NCBI GenBank assembly: GCA_028704885.1
Contig: JAQWEN010000001.1
Span: forward strand, 350,679-414,678
Reading direction: 5' to 3'
DNA from: Candidatus Shapirobacteria bacterium
GTDB lineage: Bacteria; Patescibacteriota; Microgenomatia; UBA12405
DNA: 64,000 nucleotides
Numbering within the stretch: position 1 is the stretch's first letter; every line of letters starts with the position of its first letter. The position numbers and the translations under genes are program-made. The notes beneath the pieces were generated by a model. It ran no database searches, had not been told where the DNA came from, and saw nothing but the letters and a program-made list of their open reading frames with translations. Below are positions 1 to 9,627 of this stretch, piece by piece.

Positions 1-124
1 CGGGAAAATCCCATTCGTTGTCATAATATTCTCTCTTTTGGGTTAAGAGAATTTTATTTTCTTTATTTACTATTACAGCAGTAGTACTTTTACGATAGTT
101 AAGAGTATTTCTATCTATAGTCAT
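1..124 (-). CDS. NUDIX hydrolase (partial, runs off window start)
   Basis: Own translation from ATG at 124: MTIDRNTLNYRKSTTAVIVNKENKILLTQKREYYDNEWDFP..., the typical N-terminal strands and W-x-F-P that precede a Nudix box; not in the ORF track. Confidence 0.7.
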   Translation of the reverse strand, partial: MTIDRNTLNYRKSTTAVIVNKENKILLTQKREYYDNEWDFP

Positions 125-194
125 AATTTATTTTATCATTGAGTCTATTAAATAAATTCCAAGTTCGGCCCACACTGTCCGCTTAGTATAAATT

Positions 195-218
195 AATCCC
201 CTGTTTAGGGGATTTTTT
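195..218 (+). terminator. Intrinsic terminator-like hairpin
   Basis: AATCCCCT-GTTT-AGGGGATT followed by a T run. Confidence 0.6.
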
Positions 219-237
219 AATGGTGATAGAATTGGTT

Positions 238-930
238 ATGAAAAATAAATTACCAGAGTATTTAGGTGAATTATTAAAGAAAATTTGGGAAGAGTCGAAG
301 CCGGTGTCGATTTTTGTTTATGGTTCGATGGTTAGGGATGATTTTGAAAATGATAGTGATTATGAGATTGGAATTGTTTATGAAAAAGATAAAAAATGGT
401 CAAGGCAGCAATTAAAAGATTTACATAATTATGAAAATGTAAAAATTTATCCTTTCGTTTTGGAAGAATTAGAAAGTGGTGAAATCGATACACCGTTTCC
501 AAAAGCGATTTACTTAAAAACTTTATTAAAAAGTAATTTGGTTGTTTATGGTAAAAAATTAGAAGAAATTATAAAAGAGGTAAAAATAGAAAAAGAAGAT
601 TTGATTGAATCGGTGGGTTTTTGTTTAGGTAGAGCATATTCAGCCGTTGTATCGTCTAGACAAAATGACTGGGTGGCAGTGAGAGATTCTTTTACAAAAT
701 CAGCATTATATGGTTTACAAATATTAATTTATATAAAGACTGGGAAATTAGTGTTTTCATATAAAGAAATTCAAGAAAAATCCAAAGATTTAATATCAGA
801 AGAATATAAAGAATTAATTAATCACGTAGTTGAAGTTAGAAAAGGAAATGTGGCGATTCAAAATCCCCTACTTTATAAAAACATTAGTTTCTTAAATAAA
901 GTGGTTTTAAAGGAAATAAAATCTATTTAA
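238..930 (+). CDS. Nucleotidyltransferase-domain protein (Pol-beta-like/MNT) with helical C-terminal domain
   Basis: VYGS...DSDYE motif (GS + DxD/E); start moved to ATG 238, which follows a TAGAAT box. Confidence 0.7.
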   Translation: MKNKLPEYLGELLKKIWEESKPVSIFVYGSMVRDDFENDSDYEIGIVYEKDKKWSRQQLKDLHNYENVKIYPFVLEELESGEIDTPFPKAIYLKTLLKSNLVVYGKKLEEIIKEVKIEKEDLIESVGFCLGRAYSAVVSSRQNDWVAVRDSFTKSALYGLQILIYIKTGKLVFSYKEIQEKSKDLISEEYKELINHVVEVRKGNVAIQNPLLYKNISFLNKVVLKEIKSI

Positions 931-1438
931 TTGATTTTTGGATCAGGGAAGTTAGTTTTTCACGGACTTTGTCGAGAGGTTTTTCGGTGACAAAGGCAAT
1001 TTCACTGGTAAGATGTTTTAAAATTGATTCTAAAATTTCTTTATTGGTTCGAGAGAAAGCTTCGGCAACTTTTTCTTTTTCTAAAAACAATTGTTTTAGA
1101 ATAATCAAACTTTTACCTGGATCATTTTGATACAAAGTTTCTTTAATTAATTTGTAATCAAGAATAGCTTCCTTGTCGATTTTTTCTTCAGCTTCTTTAT
1201 ATAGTTTTTTGACAACATCTTGGTTGATTAAAGGTCTAAGACCGCTTTTATAGATATTTCCGGTTGGAGTGGAATAAGTAGTTACATTTTGATTAGTAAC
1301 TTCGATTGGTTGATAGAAAAAATAAGAAAGAGTTTTTCCAGAACAATCTTGTTGATCTTTTTGACTGGAAATTTGATAAATATTTTCAAAATCGATAATA
1401 TAATCCCCAACTGAAAAAAGGTTTTTAACTTCTGTCAT
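923..1438 (-). CDS. CarD/TRCF-RID family protein (divergent)
   Basis: FSVGDYII N-terminus, GLRPLI segment and helical C-terminus ending LTSEIAFV, matching CarD architecture. Confidence 0.6.
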   Translation of the reverse strand: MTEVKNLFSVGDYIIDFENIYQISSQKDQQDCSGKTLSYFFYQPIEVTNQNVTTYSTPTGNIYKSGLRPLINQDVVKKLYKEAEEKIDKEAILDYKLIKETLYQNDPGKSLIILKQLFLEKEKVAEAFSRTNKEILESILKHLTSEIAFVTEKPLDKVREKLTSLIQKSIK

Positions 1439-1541
1439 AAAATTTAGTAAATGTCACAAAAAATAAGCGCAAATTATCTTTAGACCGATAAATGTAACTT
1501 AGATTATAGCAGAAATTAGCTTTAATTACTTGATTTTGCTT

Positions 1542-2153
1542 TTATTCTAAAATGCCATCAAGGTTGACGTCGTAGATTATTTCTTCAGAAATTAATCTGA
1601 ATTGAATAATTTCTTTTTTATCAAACCAAATAGGAATTTCTTTTGAAGCTTCATCAACATTACCGGATGAGTGAATAATATTTCGAACTGCACGACTGTC
1701 GATGTCGGAAGCGGTATAAGAATCGATAGTGTAATCGCCGCGAATAGTTCCCGGAGCGGAAGATAGAGGTTCGGTGGAACCAGTGATTTTTCTGACGACA
1801 GCAACTGCCCCCATTCCCTGCCAGACCATGGCCACAACTGGTCCACTACTCATAAAATCGGTAAGTTTTCTTCTGATACCTTCAGCAAATTCAATAGGAT
1901 TTTTGCCTGGCATTGGCAAACCTTTTGATTGATATGATTCAAAAGTTTTAGTGCCAGTTTTGATGGCCCAATCTGGATCAATAGAATAATGTCTTAAAGT
2001 TTGATCTTTGGTGGGGATAAGCATTTTTAAGGCCACTAATTTAAGACCACAAGCTTCATATCTTTTAATAACTTCACCAATTAAACCTCTTTGAACGCCA
2101 TCTGGTTTAACAATGACTAAAGTTTGTTCTTGTTTATTATCAAAGTTTTTCAT
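1542..2153 (-). CDS. ndk: Nucleoside diphosphate kinase
   Basis: EQTLVIVKPDGVQRGLIGEVI, PGTIRGD, RNIIHSS (catalytic His). Confidence 0.95.
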   Translation of the reverse strand: MKNFDNKQEQTLVIVKPDGVQRGLIGEVIKRYEACGLKLVALKMLIPTKDQTLRHYSIDPDWAIKTGTKTFESYQSKGLPMPGKNPIEFAEGIRRKLTDFMSSGPVVAMVWQGMGAVAVVRKITGSTEPLSSAPGTIRGDYTIDSYTASDIDSRAVRNIIHSSGNVDEASKEIPIWFDKKEIIQFRLISEEIIYDVNLDGILE

Positions 2154-2205
2154 ATTGGCCTATTTTCTCTAAATTGATTTAAATAATCAAGTCGTAGTTA
2201 AATAT

Positions 2206-2234
2206 TTGAATATATTGATGGTTATCGATATAAT
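2206..2234 (+). promoter_or_regulatory. Sigma70-type promoter with overlapping imperfect palindrome (probable ArsR operator)
   Basis: TTGAAT-17 nt-TATAAT, 6 nt before the ATG; ATATTGAT-GGTT-ATCGATAT inverted repeat at 2212-2231. Confidence 0.6.
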
Positions 2235-2240
2235 ACGTTC

Positions 2241-2543
2241 ATGGACAAAATCTTTAAAGCAATGGCTGATATTAATAGAAGAAAAATTTTAACTCTGTTG
2301 AAAAATGGAGAAATGTCGGTAAATGAGTTGTTAAAAAATTTTGAAATAACTCAGGCAACTTTATCAAATCATTTATCAATTTTAAGAAAAGCCAAATTGG
2401 TAGAAAATCGAATTTTGGGAAAACAGAGAATTTATAGGTTGAATGTTGAATTACTTAGAACTTTTGCTAAAAATATAGACAAATTTGTCGGAAATTTTGC
2501 GGAAAATATTTCTAATGATATAGAAATTAGATCAAGAAAGTAA
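2241..2543 (+). CDS. ArsR/SmtB family transcriptional regulator
   Basis: FKAMADINRRKIL...ITQATLSNHLSILRKAKLV winged-HTH signature. Confidence 0.9.
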   Translation: MDKIFKAMADINRRKILTLLKNGEMSVNELLKNFEITQATLSNHLSILRKAKLVENRILGKQRIYRLNVELLRTFAKNIDKFVGNFAENISNDIEIRSRK

Positions 2544-2622
2544 TACCTGGATTGACTATTTTAGATTTGAGTTGTATTTTATTATAAGTCAGCAAAATTT
2601 ATTAATTGCTGTTTATATATAT

Positions 2623-3195
2623 ATGTTTTTAATTAAAGCAGGTAAAAAATATATTAAATCTTCGGAAGAATTGGTAAGTATGTTATTAGGTTTAGCAATC
2701 GTAATAGTGGTGGTTTCTCTAATTTTTAATTTTGTTCAAAAAAAGAAAGGGACAGTGGAAATTCCAGGGGCAACAGATATAAGTTTGTCAGAACAAGCAA
2801 CGAAAGATAAACAAGAAAGTGAAGGAATTTATGTTGTCGAAAAAGGAGATAATTTGTGGAAAATTGCTGAGAAAAAATATAATGATGGTTATGCTTGGAC
2901 AAAAATTGCCAAAGAAAATAATCTTAAAAATGCTTCAATTATTAGTGTTGGTCAAAAATTAAAAATGCCGGTTGTAGAAGTTAAAACGACAATTGCGGCA
3001 GCGACAAATGATTCTGGTAATAAAATTGAGGCTGGTGAATATAAAGTAGTTAGAAATGATAATTTATGGAAAATTGCAGTCAGGGCTTATGGTGATGGAT
3101 ATAAGTGGACTAATATTTATCAGGAAAATAAGGCAAAACTTAATAGTGCTAATTTGTTGGAAATTGGGATGGTCTTAAATATTCCAAAGCTATAG
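2623..3195 (+). CDS. Membrane-anchored protein with two LysM domains
   Basis: TM helix, then two YxVxxxDNLWKIA...Y.DGY.WT.I...N repeats; start uncertain (2572-2680). Confidence 0.85.
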   Translation: MFLIKAGKKYIKSSEELVSMLLGLAIVIVVVSLIFNFVQKKKGTVEIPGATDISLSEQATKDKQESEGIYVVEKGDNLWKIAEKKYNDGYAWTKIAKENNLKNASIISVGQKLKMPVVEVKTTIAAATNDSGNKIEAGEYKVVRNDNLWKIAVRAYGDGYKWTNIYQENKAKLNSANLLEIGMVLNIPKL

Positions 3196-3215
3196 ACGTG
3201 ATAAAATAAGCCGTT

Positions 3216-3286
3216 GCGGCTATAGTTTAGTGGTAAAACGAATCCTTCCCAAGGATTAATCGAGAGTCCGATTCCCTCTAGCCGCT
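3216..3286 (+). tRNA. tRNA-Gly (CCC)
   Basis: Acceptor GCGGCTA/TAGCCGC, anticodon arm AATCC-TTCCCAA-GGATT, T arm GAGAG-TCCGATT-CCCTC; CCA not encoded. Confidence 0.9.
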
Positions 3287-3291
3287 CACAG

Positions 3292-3364
3292 GCCGAAGTA
3301 GCTCAGTTGGTAGAGCATAGCTTTCGTAAAGCTGGGGTCGGGAGTTCGACTCTCCCCTTCGGCT
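3292..3364 (+). tRNA. tRNA-Thr (CGT)
   Basis: Acceptor GCCGAAG/CTTCGGC, anticodon loop TTCGTAA, GTTCGAC T loop. Confidence 0.93.
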
Positions 3365-3368
3365 CATG

Positions 3369-3424
3369 AAACCCACCTGTCTCGCAACCGCGGGATACCC
3401 TTTCTTGAAAAAAGAAGGGAGTTT
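3369..3424 (+). repeat. Double-hairpin palindromic element, copy A (after the tRNAs; may act as terminator)
   Basis: AAACCCACC-TGTCTCGC/GCGGGATA-CCCTTTCTT/AAGAAGGG; related to 47342, 50328, 54730. Confidence 0.65.
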
Positions 3425-3448
3425 ATTAATGTATAATAAACAAAGTTT

Positions 3449-4165
3449 ATGACAGATTTTAAAAGATCAAGATTAGAAAGAAAAAAAGAGGAACAAATAA
3501 CTAAAAAAACAGTTTTTTTGGGGTTTTTAACTGTATTAGTTTTTGTTTTAATTATTGTTTTTGGATTGCCATTTTTAATTAATTTTTCTATTTTTTTAGG
3601 TAATACAAAAAGTAAAAAAGATACAACAAATGAAAATGTTTTACCGCCAATGGCACCAAGGTTAGTGGTTCCTTTTGAAGCAACCAATAGTAGTAAAATT
3701 CAAATTGATGGTTTTGCTGAAACTGGATCTGCGGTTGAATTACTTAAAAATGATGAATCGGTTGGAAGAGTTGATGTGACTGAAAATGGTGATTTTTCTT
3801 TTGAAAATATTGAGCTAAGTGAAGGAGAAAATAATTTTTCAGCTGTGGCAATTAAAGATAAAAGTGGCAGTAGTGAAGTTTCTAAAGAAGTAACTGTTGT
3901 TTTTGATAATAAGGTGCCAGAACTAACGATGACTAATCCAGTCGAAGCAAGTTTAACTGTTGATTATGCTGATCTTGATATTATTGGAAAAAGTGAAAAA
4001 GGAGTTAGTGTTTTGGTAAATAATAGAGTGGCGACGGTTGATAACGATGGAAATTTTAAAATAAAGATACAATTAAATGCAGGTAAAAATGATGTTGAAA
4101 TAATAGTTAGAGATGAAGCCTTGAATGAGACTAGAAAGAAAATAACTATTACTTATGATATTTAA
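3449..4165 (+). CDS. Membrane-anchored protein with bacterial Ig-like domains
   Basis: N-terminal TM, then two beta-rich repeats (G.F.F..I.L.EGEN.F / GNF...I.LNAGKN.V). Confidence 0.7.
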   Translation: MTDFKRSRLERKKEEQITKKTVFLGFLTVLVFVLIIVFGLPFLINFSIFLGNTKSKKDTTNENVLPPMAPRLVVPFEATNSSKIQIDGFAETGSAVELLKNDESVGRVDVTENGDFSFENIELSEGENNFSAVAIKDKSGSSEVSKEVTVVFDNKVPELTMTNPVEASLTVDYADLDIIGKSEKGVSVLVNNRVATVDNDGNFKIKIQLNAGKNDVEIIVRDEALNETRKKITITYDI

Positions 4166-5238
4166 AGAAAGATAAAGAAAAGAAGAATCCAGGGATATAA
4201 AAGAGAGTTGGCAAAAATAGAATGTAATAACAGGGAAATAAGAATTGTTTTGATAACTAAATTACCACTAATGAATACCTTTTTAAGGCCTAGAAGGAAA
4301 AGAATCAGTCCAATTATGCCACTGGTGGTTAAAATGGTCATTAACGAACCGTCGAAGCCTGAATTGGCATGAGAGTTTTGATTTTTAATTTGACGAACGT
4401 AAAAAAGATTATTGTAGCCATGACCAACAATTGGCGATTTAAGAAAAATATTAAATCCTTCCTTATAATTTTCAACCTTAGCGGTGATAGAGGAAGTTCT
4501 TTCGAGTTTCGTCCCCTCGCCTTCGAATCGAGGCAATAAAAAAATAGTAGAGAAAATTAAAAGTGAACTTAAAATAAAAATTTTAAGATTTTTCTTTTGA
4601 TAGGCAATGAAAGTGAAGGCGACAAAAAAACAAAGATAACTGGAGCGGCTGTAGGTTAGAGCTAAGGCTAGATAGGAAATTATTAAAACGGGAATTCTAA
4701 GTGGAAATTTTTTATCCAAAAAAACAATAATAATTAAAAATAAATAAATTAAGGCAGTGAAAGTTGGATCAAAAAAAGTACTAACTAATCGGTACAAATG
4801 AGGATCCCAACTTAGAGATTTAAAGCTGGTGAAGTCTGGCCAGAAAAAATATTGAACTAAACCAAAAATTACATTACTAAACAGGCCTAGATAAGATATT
4901 TTTTTTATTTTTTCATCGAGTTTTGGTGGAAAAATAAAGAATGAGAGTAAAAAAGTTAGACGAAATAAATATAAAATTGGCTTGATTAGATCAAAATGAT
5001 AGCGGAAATAATTAAAAACAAAACTAAACCAAGCAAAGATTAAAAAATATAATAAATATTTATTTTTTACCTTAAAATCCTTGTTTTTAATTTTTTGAAA
5101 AATGTTTAAACAAAAAATGAGGCCAATAAAAATATCAATTACAGGAAAAGAAATACCTTTTAGTTCGATTCTTAACAATTGGCCAAAGAAAAAAACAACA
5201 ATTGTGGATAAATAAACTAGTGATGTGACAAATGCCAT
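4162..5238 (-). CDS. O-antigen ligase/Wzy_C family membrane protein
   Basis: Multi-TM; RLVSTFFDP, LTYSRSS, PIVGHGY motifs. Confidence 0.8.
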   Translation of the reverse strand: MAFVTSLVYLSTIVVFFFGQLLRIELKGISFPVIDIFIGLIFCLNIFQKIKNKDFKVKNKYLLYFLIFAWFSFVFNYFRYHFDLIKPILYLFRLTFLLSFFIFPPKLDEKIKKISYLGLFSNVIFGLVQYFFWPDFTSFKSLSWDPHLYRLVSTFFDPTFTALIYLFLIIIVFLDKKFPLRIPVLIISYLALALTYSRSSYLCFFVAFTFIAYQKKNLKIFILSSLLIFSTIFLLPRFEGEGTKLERTSSITAKVENYKEGFNIFLKSPIVGHGYNNLFYVRQIKNQNSHANSGFDGSLMTILTTSGIIGLILFLLGLKKVFISGNLVIKTILISLLLHSIFANSLLYPWILLFFIFL

Positions 5239-5993
5239 AGTTTAGCTCGGACTAAAAATGAATGAAAACTCATGCCAAGAGCCATAATAATACCAGCAGT
5301 GCCATCTAAGAAGCCAAATCTAATAAAGTAATCTTGAATAAATTTAGCTTTAGGGTAAAAAATTATTTGAAATAAACTGCCTTTTTGATTTTGATCAAAT
5401 AATTCTTGGGCTCGAATATCAGAATAAAAATTTAATTTTTTAATGAATCCTTTTAGTGATTGATGGGGATAATGATGGATATGGATTTTTTGTGATTGAA
5501 TTTCCTCTGGGGTTTGCCAGATTTCATGAACTGCGCCGGTAAAACGGCCATATTTTTTATTGAAAAATCTTAAGAAGTATTGATGAGCGTTTTCGCCGTG
5601 TTTTAGTTCGTGGCCAATAAAAACATCATTCCTTTTAAAAGCATAGTTTTTATATTGAAGATTATCGATATGGTTTAAAAATCGGATTAACTTCGTGCTT
5701 GGTTTTTCATCGGCGTCGAGCCAAAGAATCCAGTTATTGGTAGTTTTGGTGATACCAAAATTGCGTTGGTTGGAAAAATTATTATCCAATCCCCTCTCAA
5801 AAATTTTAACTTTAATTCTTTTTGATTCGAGCTTTTTTAAAATTTCTACAGTTTTGTCATCAGAATTATCATCAATGACAATAATTTCATTAACTCTTTT
5901 GGTCTTATCAAGCCAAGTCCAATATTTAAGAAGATTTTTTTCTTCGTTGTGGGTGAGAAGAAGAATGGATATGTGTCGATGTTTTTTAATCAT
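5217..5993 (-). CDS. Glycosyltransferase family 2
   Basis: IIVIDDNSDDKT, WILWLDADE, G.VHE. Confidence 0.9.
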   Translation of the reverse strand: MIKKHRHISILLLTHNEEKNLLKYWTWLDKTKRVNEIIVIDDNSDDKTVEILKKLESKRIKVKIFERGLDNNFSNQRNFGITKTTNNWILWLDADEKPSTKLIRFLNHIDNLQYKNYAFKRNDVFIGHELKHGENAHQYFLRFFNKKYGRFTGAVHEIWQTPEEIQSQKIHIHHYPHQSLKGFIKKLNFYSDIRAQELFDQNQKGSLFQIIFYPKAKFIQDYFIRFGFLDGTAGIIMALGMSFHSFLVRAKLWHLSHH

Positions 5994-7077
5994 GGTTTAT
6001 ATGTCTATTATAGTATTCTAAAATCTTATTTGTAGTATATTTCCAATCGATTGTATTTATTTGATAAAAAGTTAATTCTTTTTGGCTTAATATTTGTTTA
6101 AGTATTTTTTTAGCTTCGTATACATCTGAATATAAATATCCATTTATTCCATTTTTAATTATTTCTGGTGTTCCACCTTCATTTTTACCTAAAACAAGGC
6201 AATTATTTGATGTAGATTCCAAAGTTGTAATTCCAAAGGGTTCACTTTGATTGTTTGCCAAATAAATTGAATAATTTTTATAATAATTATCTTTTTCTTT
6301 ATTATTTTCTGTTTTGGCTATATTTAAAGAAATATTGTTTTGCTTAGCCAAATTAAATATTTTTTGAGATTCATTTGTTTCTCTTCCTAATATCGTAATT
6401 TTATTAACAATATTATTTAATTGCTCTATTGAAAAATCATGGCCTTTTAATTTTGAAAATAATCCTACGGATAATATTTTTTTATTATTTTTAATTGTTA
6501 TTTTTTTTGGTGTAATTGGTTTTAATCCAGGATAAATTATTGTTGAACTTTTTTTATAGTTTTTTAATAAATTATTGGCGGTAAAAATTGAGTTAGAAAT
6601 AATATTTTTAGCTGACTTACAGTTTTTTTTGTCAATATATTTTATTGGTAATCTTATTAACCGAGTAATTATCTTTTTAATTGACCAATAATCAAAAGAA
6701 GTTTGTTCATAAAACTCTCTTTTTGGTTCCTGGAAAAAATAAATATTTTTTTCATTTTTAAGGAATCTAAGAATATATGGTGATTGTGTTAATAAACATG
6801 GATGAATAAGAACAAGATCATAATTATTTTTATCTATATCTTGTGCTATATTTTTATTTATTTTTTTTAATTCAAAAATTATTTGAAATAAATCTTGAAA
6901 GATATTATTTGTTTTTTTAAAGTTATAAATGAAAAAATTATTTACTAATTTTTTTGAAATATTTTTTTGAAAACAATAAACATCTATTTTATTGTATTTT
7001 CTGAGGAATTTAATCGACTCTATTATTGAATTTAAAGCTCCCCCTTTTTCCAAATTATAATATATTGCAATTTTCAT
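5986..7077 (-). CDS. Glycosyltransferase family 4
   Basis: GGA at N-terminus, EPFGITTLES, GGTPEII..GING; very AT-rich. Confidence 0.85.
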   Translation of the reverse strand: MKIAIYYNLEKGGALNSIIESIKFLRKYNKIDVYCFQKNISKKLVNNFFIYNFKKTNNIFQDLFQIIFELKKINKNIAQDIDKNNYDLVLIHPCLLTQSPYILRFLKNEKNIYFFQEPKREFYEQTSFDYWSIKKIITRLIRLPIKYIDKKNCKSAKNIISNSIFTANNLLKNYKKSSTIIYPGLKPITPKKITIKNNKKILSVGLFSKLKGHDFSIEQLNNIVNKITILGRETNESQKIFNLAKQNNISLNIAKTENNKEKDNYYKNYSIYLANNQSEPFGITTLESTSNNCLVLGKNEGGTPEIIKNGINGYLYSDVYEAKKILKQILSQKELTFYQINTIDWKYTTNKILEYYNRHINHD

Positions 7078-7112
7078 ATTGATTTATTTGTTAATATAAC
7101 TACTATTAGTGT

Positions 7113-9527
7113 ATGATAAAAAATATAATATTTTTAGTAGTGTTTTTTTTCTTAAATTGCTCTAATGTTTTTGGAAATGATTATCTTTATGATGATTTTA
7201 TCAATAAAGATATAAATAAATGGGATTTTTATCCAAACGGAGGAAGTATTGATTTAATTGATGGTAATTTGATTTTATCAAGTAGTGGACTGTTTTTTCC
7301 TTATATAATCAGTAAAAATGATAATTTATTTACAGGTGAAAACAATCCATCTTTAAATATAAAATTTAAATATAACCAGTATGGTTCTATGGGGGATGGA
7401 ATTAGTCTTGGTATTACTGGTATTGATGGTCTTTTTTATGAACAAATTCAGATTTGGAGAGATACAACACATGGATCGTTAATTGCATACAATGATTTAA
7501 ATACGGCTAATAAAAATTTGTGTAGCAATCTTGGGTCAACTAATATTTCAACAGAAACAATATATACGTCTTTAGATTTAGACAATGAATGGCATGTACT
7601 AAAAATTGAAAAAGATAATACAAGATATAAAATTTATATTGATCCAGATAAAAATATTAGCCCAATTTTTATTACTCAAGAAAATCAATGCGAACCAAAA
7701 AGACTTTTAATTGGAAATAGTTATACAGGTGGTAGTACCGATTGGAATAACTTATCTATTGATAGTGTAAATATTGGACCAACTACTGCTCCTGTTGTAA
7801 AACCCAAAATTATTATTATTCCTGGGTTGGGGGCGAGCTGGAACTCGGAAGCAATTGTTTATGATCATGATGTTGGTAACGATCAATGGAAAATGACGCC
7901 TTTTGTAAAAAATTATGATGGTTTGATAGATGCGTTAAAAGAGAATAGTTTGGAAGAAAATACAGATTATTATGTGTGGAATTATGATTGGAGAAAGCCA
8001 TTAAAAGATATTGTTACTGATTTAAATAGTTTTATTAATCAAAAAATTAAATCTGGTGAAAAAGTTATTTTGATTGGTCATAGTTTAGGGGGTTTAACTT
8101 CTAGAATTTGGGCTGAAGATAATAAGAATGATTCGAGATTGGAAAAAGTTATAACACTAGGTAGTCCTCATTTAGGATCAGTGGATGCTTATGAAGCTTG
8201 GAATGGTGGTCAAATTTCTGATTTATCAAAAGTAAGTTCGATTGCTTTTAAAATTTTATTAGAGCTAAAAGGATTAACTACAAAAACTAATATGGAAGCG
8301 GTTAGAACTTATATTCCATCAGTTAAAGATTTGCTGCCGACTTTTAATTTTGTGACTAAAAACGGGACTGATTTTACCAACCAATTGGAAACAAAAAATG
8401 ATTATTTAAAAGATAAAAATAATGATGGTTTAAATTCTGGAATAAATTTAAAACTATATGCAGGTAATGGTTTTAAAACAACAAATTCAATTAATTTAAA
8501 AAATAATAATGTTTTTGATAAAGTATTAGGTATTTGGCCGGATGGAAGAATTAATAATTTTACATATACGAATGAGGGTGATGGAACAGTTTTGGTCAAA
8601 AGTGCTAATTATAATAAAAATGATTTTGTGGAATTAAATAGCAGTCATGGGGAAATTGTTGATGAAACAATTGGTAAAATAATGACGGAAATTGGTTTAA
8701 GTCAAGTTGAAATTGTAGATGAAAATGAAGATCTAAAAAACACTTTAGTATTTTTTATTGGTTCGCCAGTTAATTATTCAGTTCAGTGTGATAATGAATC
8801 CCCTGTTTTAGAAAATGATGGTTTTGTGGTTATTAAAAATAATAATTATAGAATGTGTAATATTAATTATGTTGGAAATGAAAATGGTTTAATTCATATA
8901 GTTACGGGTAATACTGATAATAATGATTGGTCATATTGGGAGAAAAATGTTATTAACGGAGAAATAGGAAACGTTAAAATTAATCCTAAAAATGGAGAAG
9001 TTATCAACAATAAAAGCAATATTTTATTTTTAAAATCGATTATTAAAGAGGATTTAAATTCTCTTTTAATTTTAAATAAAAATAATAAAGATTTAAAAGA
9101 AGCTTTAAGAAATTTGGATAAAAATCAACCAAAACGGTTAATTAAAAATATTTTTGATTTTAGAGAGAAAAATGGAGAAAAATTAATTAGCCAAAAAATT
9201 ATTGATAATACAAATTCTTGGTTATCTTTGATAAATAAATGTTCGAAAAATGAGGCAGTAAAAGGTTTTAAAACAATTAGTAATTACAGAGATTTGATAG
9301 AAAGTTTAATTTCAAATAAAAGGAATACTAAAATAAGTGTTGATGTAGCTGTTGATTATCAAAAAATTGTCGATTTATTGGAACTTAATCAAAAAGAAAT
9401 AAAAAAGAATGATTATAGTAGGGTTTGTAGTCGTAATTTTTTGATTTTAAATTATGGAAATGAAATTTTGAAAAAGAGTCACAAAAACGAGTTTAATAAG
9501 TGGTTGTTGGAGGACTCGAACCTCTGA
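7113..9527 (+). CDS. Secreted alpha/beta-hydrolase (PGAP1/LCAT-like lipase) with N-terminal beta-sandwich domain
   Basis: Signal peptide; IIIPGLGAS, YDWR, GHSLGG nucleophile elbow, LGSPHLGS, GDGTV, later His. Confidence 0.75.
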   Translation: MIKNIIFLVVFFFLNCSNVFGNDYLYDDFINKDINKWDFYPNGGSIDLIDGNLILSSSGLFFPYIISKNDNLFTGENNPSLNIKFKYNQYGSMGDGISLGITGIDGLFYEQIQIWRDTTHGSLIAYNDLNTANKNLCSNLGSTNISTETIYTSLDLDNEWHVLKIEKDNTRYKIYIDPDKNISPIFITQENQCEPKRLLIGNSYTGGSTDWNNLSIDSVNIGPTTAPVVKPKIIIIPGLGASWNSEAIVYDHDVGNDQWKMTPFVKNYDGLIDALKENSLEENTDYYVWNYDWRKPLKDIVTDLNSFINQKIKSGEKVILIGHSLGGLTSRIWAEDNKNDSRLEKVITLGSPHLGSVDAYEAWNGGQISDLSKVSSIAFKILLELKGLTTKTNMEAVRTYIPSVKDLLPTFNFVTKNGTDFTNQLETKNDYLKDKNNDGLNSGINLKLYAGNGFKTTNSINLKNNNVFDKVLGIWPDGRINNFTYTNEGDGTVLVKSANYNKNDFVELNSSHGEIVDETIGKIMTEIGLSQVEIVDENEDLKNTLVFFIGSPVNYSVQCDNESPVLENDGFVVIKNNNYRMCNINYVGNENGLIHIVTGNTDNNDWSYWEKNVINGEIGNVKINPKNGEVINNKSNILFLKSIIKEDLNSLLILNKNNKDLKEALRNLDKNQPKRLIKNIFDFREKNGEKLISQKIIDNTNSWLSLINKCSKNEAVKGFKTISNYRDLIESLISNKRNTKISVDVAVDYQKIVDLLELNQKEIKKNDYSRVCSRNFLILNYGNEILKKSHKNEFNKWLLEDSNL

Positions 9528-9574
9528 CCTCTTCGATGTGAACGAAGCGCTCTAACCAACTGAGCTAAACAACC
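9501..9574 (-). tRNA. tRNA-Val (CAC)
   Basis: Reverse complement GGTTGTT...CTTCG-TTCACAT-CGAAG...GGTTCGAGTCC...AACAACC-A. Confidence 0.93.
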
Positions 9575-9627
9575 TTGGTGAACTAGATTATACCAAGATC
9601 ATTAAAATTACACTATAATTATTAATC

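Noticed and set aside
238-930. MNT-HEPN toxin-antitoxin pair
   Set aside because: Single gene with no partner ORF and no clear RxxxxH RNase motif
3364-3687. 107-aa minus-strand ORF
   Set aside because: Antisense shadow of the Ig-like gene and repeat copy A
5986-9574. Integrative element with att duplication at tRNA-Val
   Set aside because: No second copy of the tRNA 3' end and no integrase seen; kept only as a weak island observation
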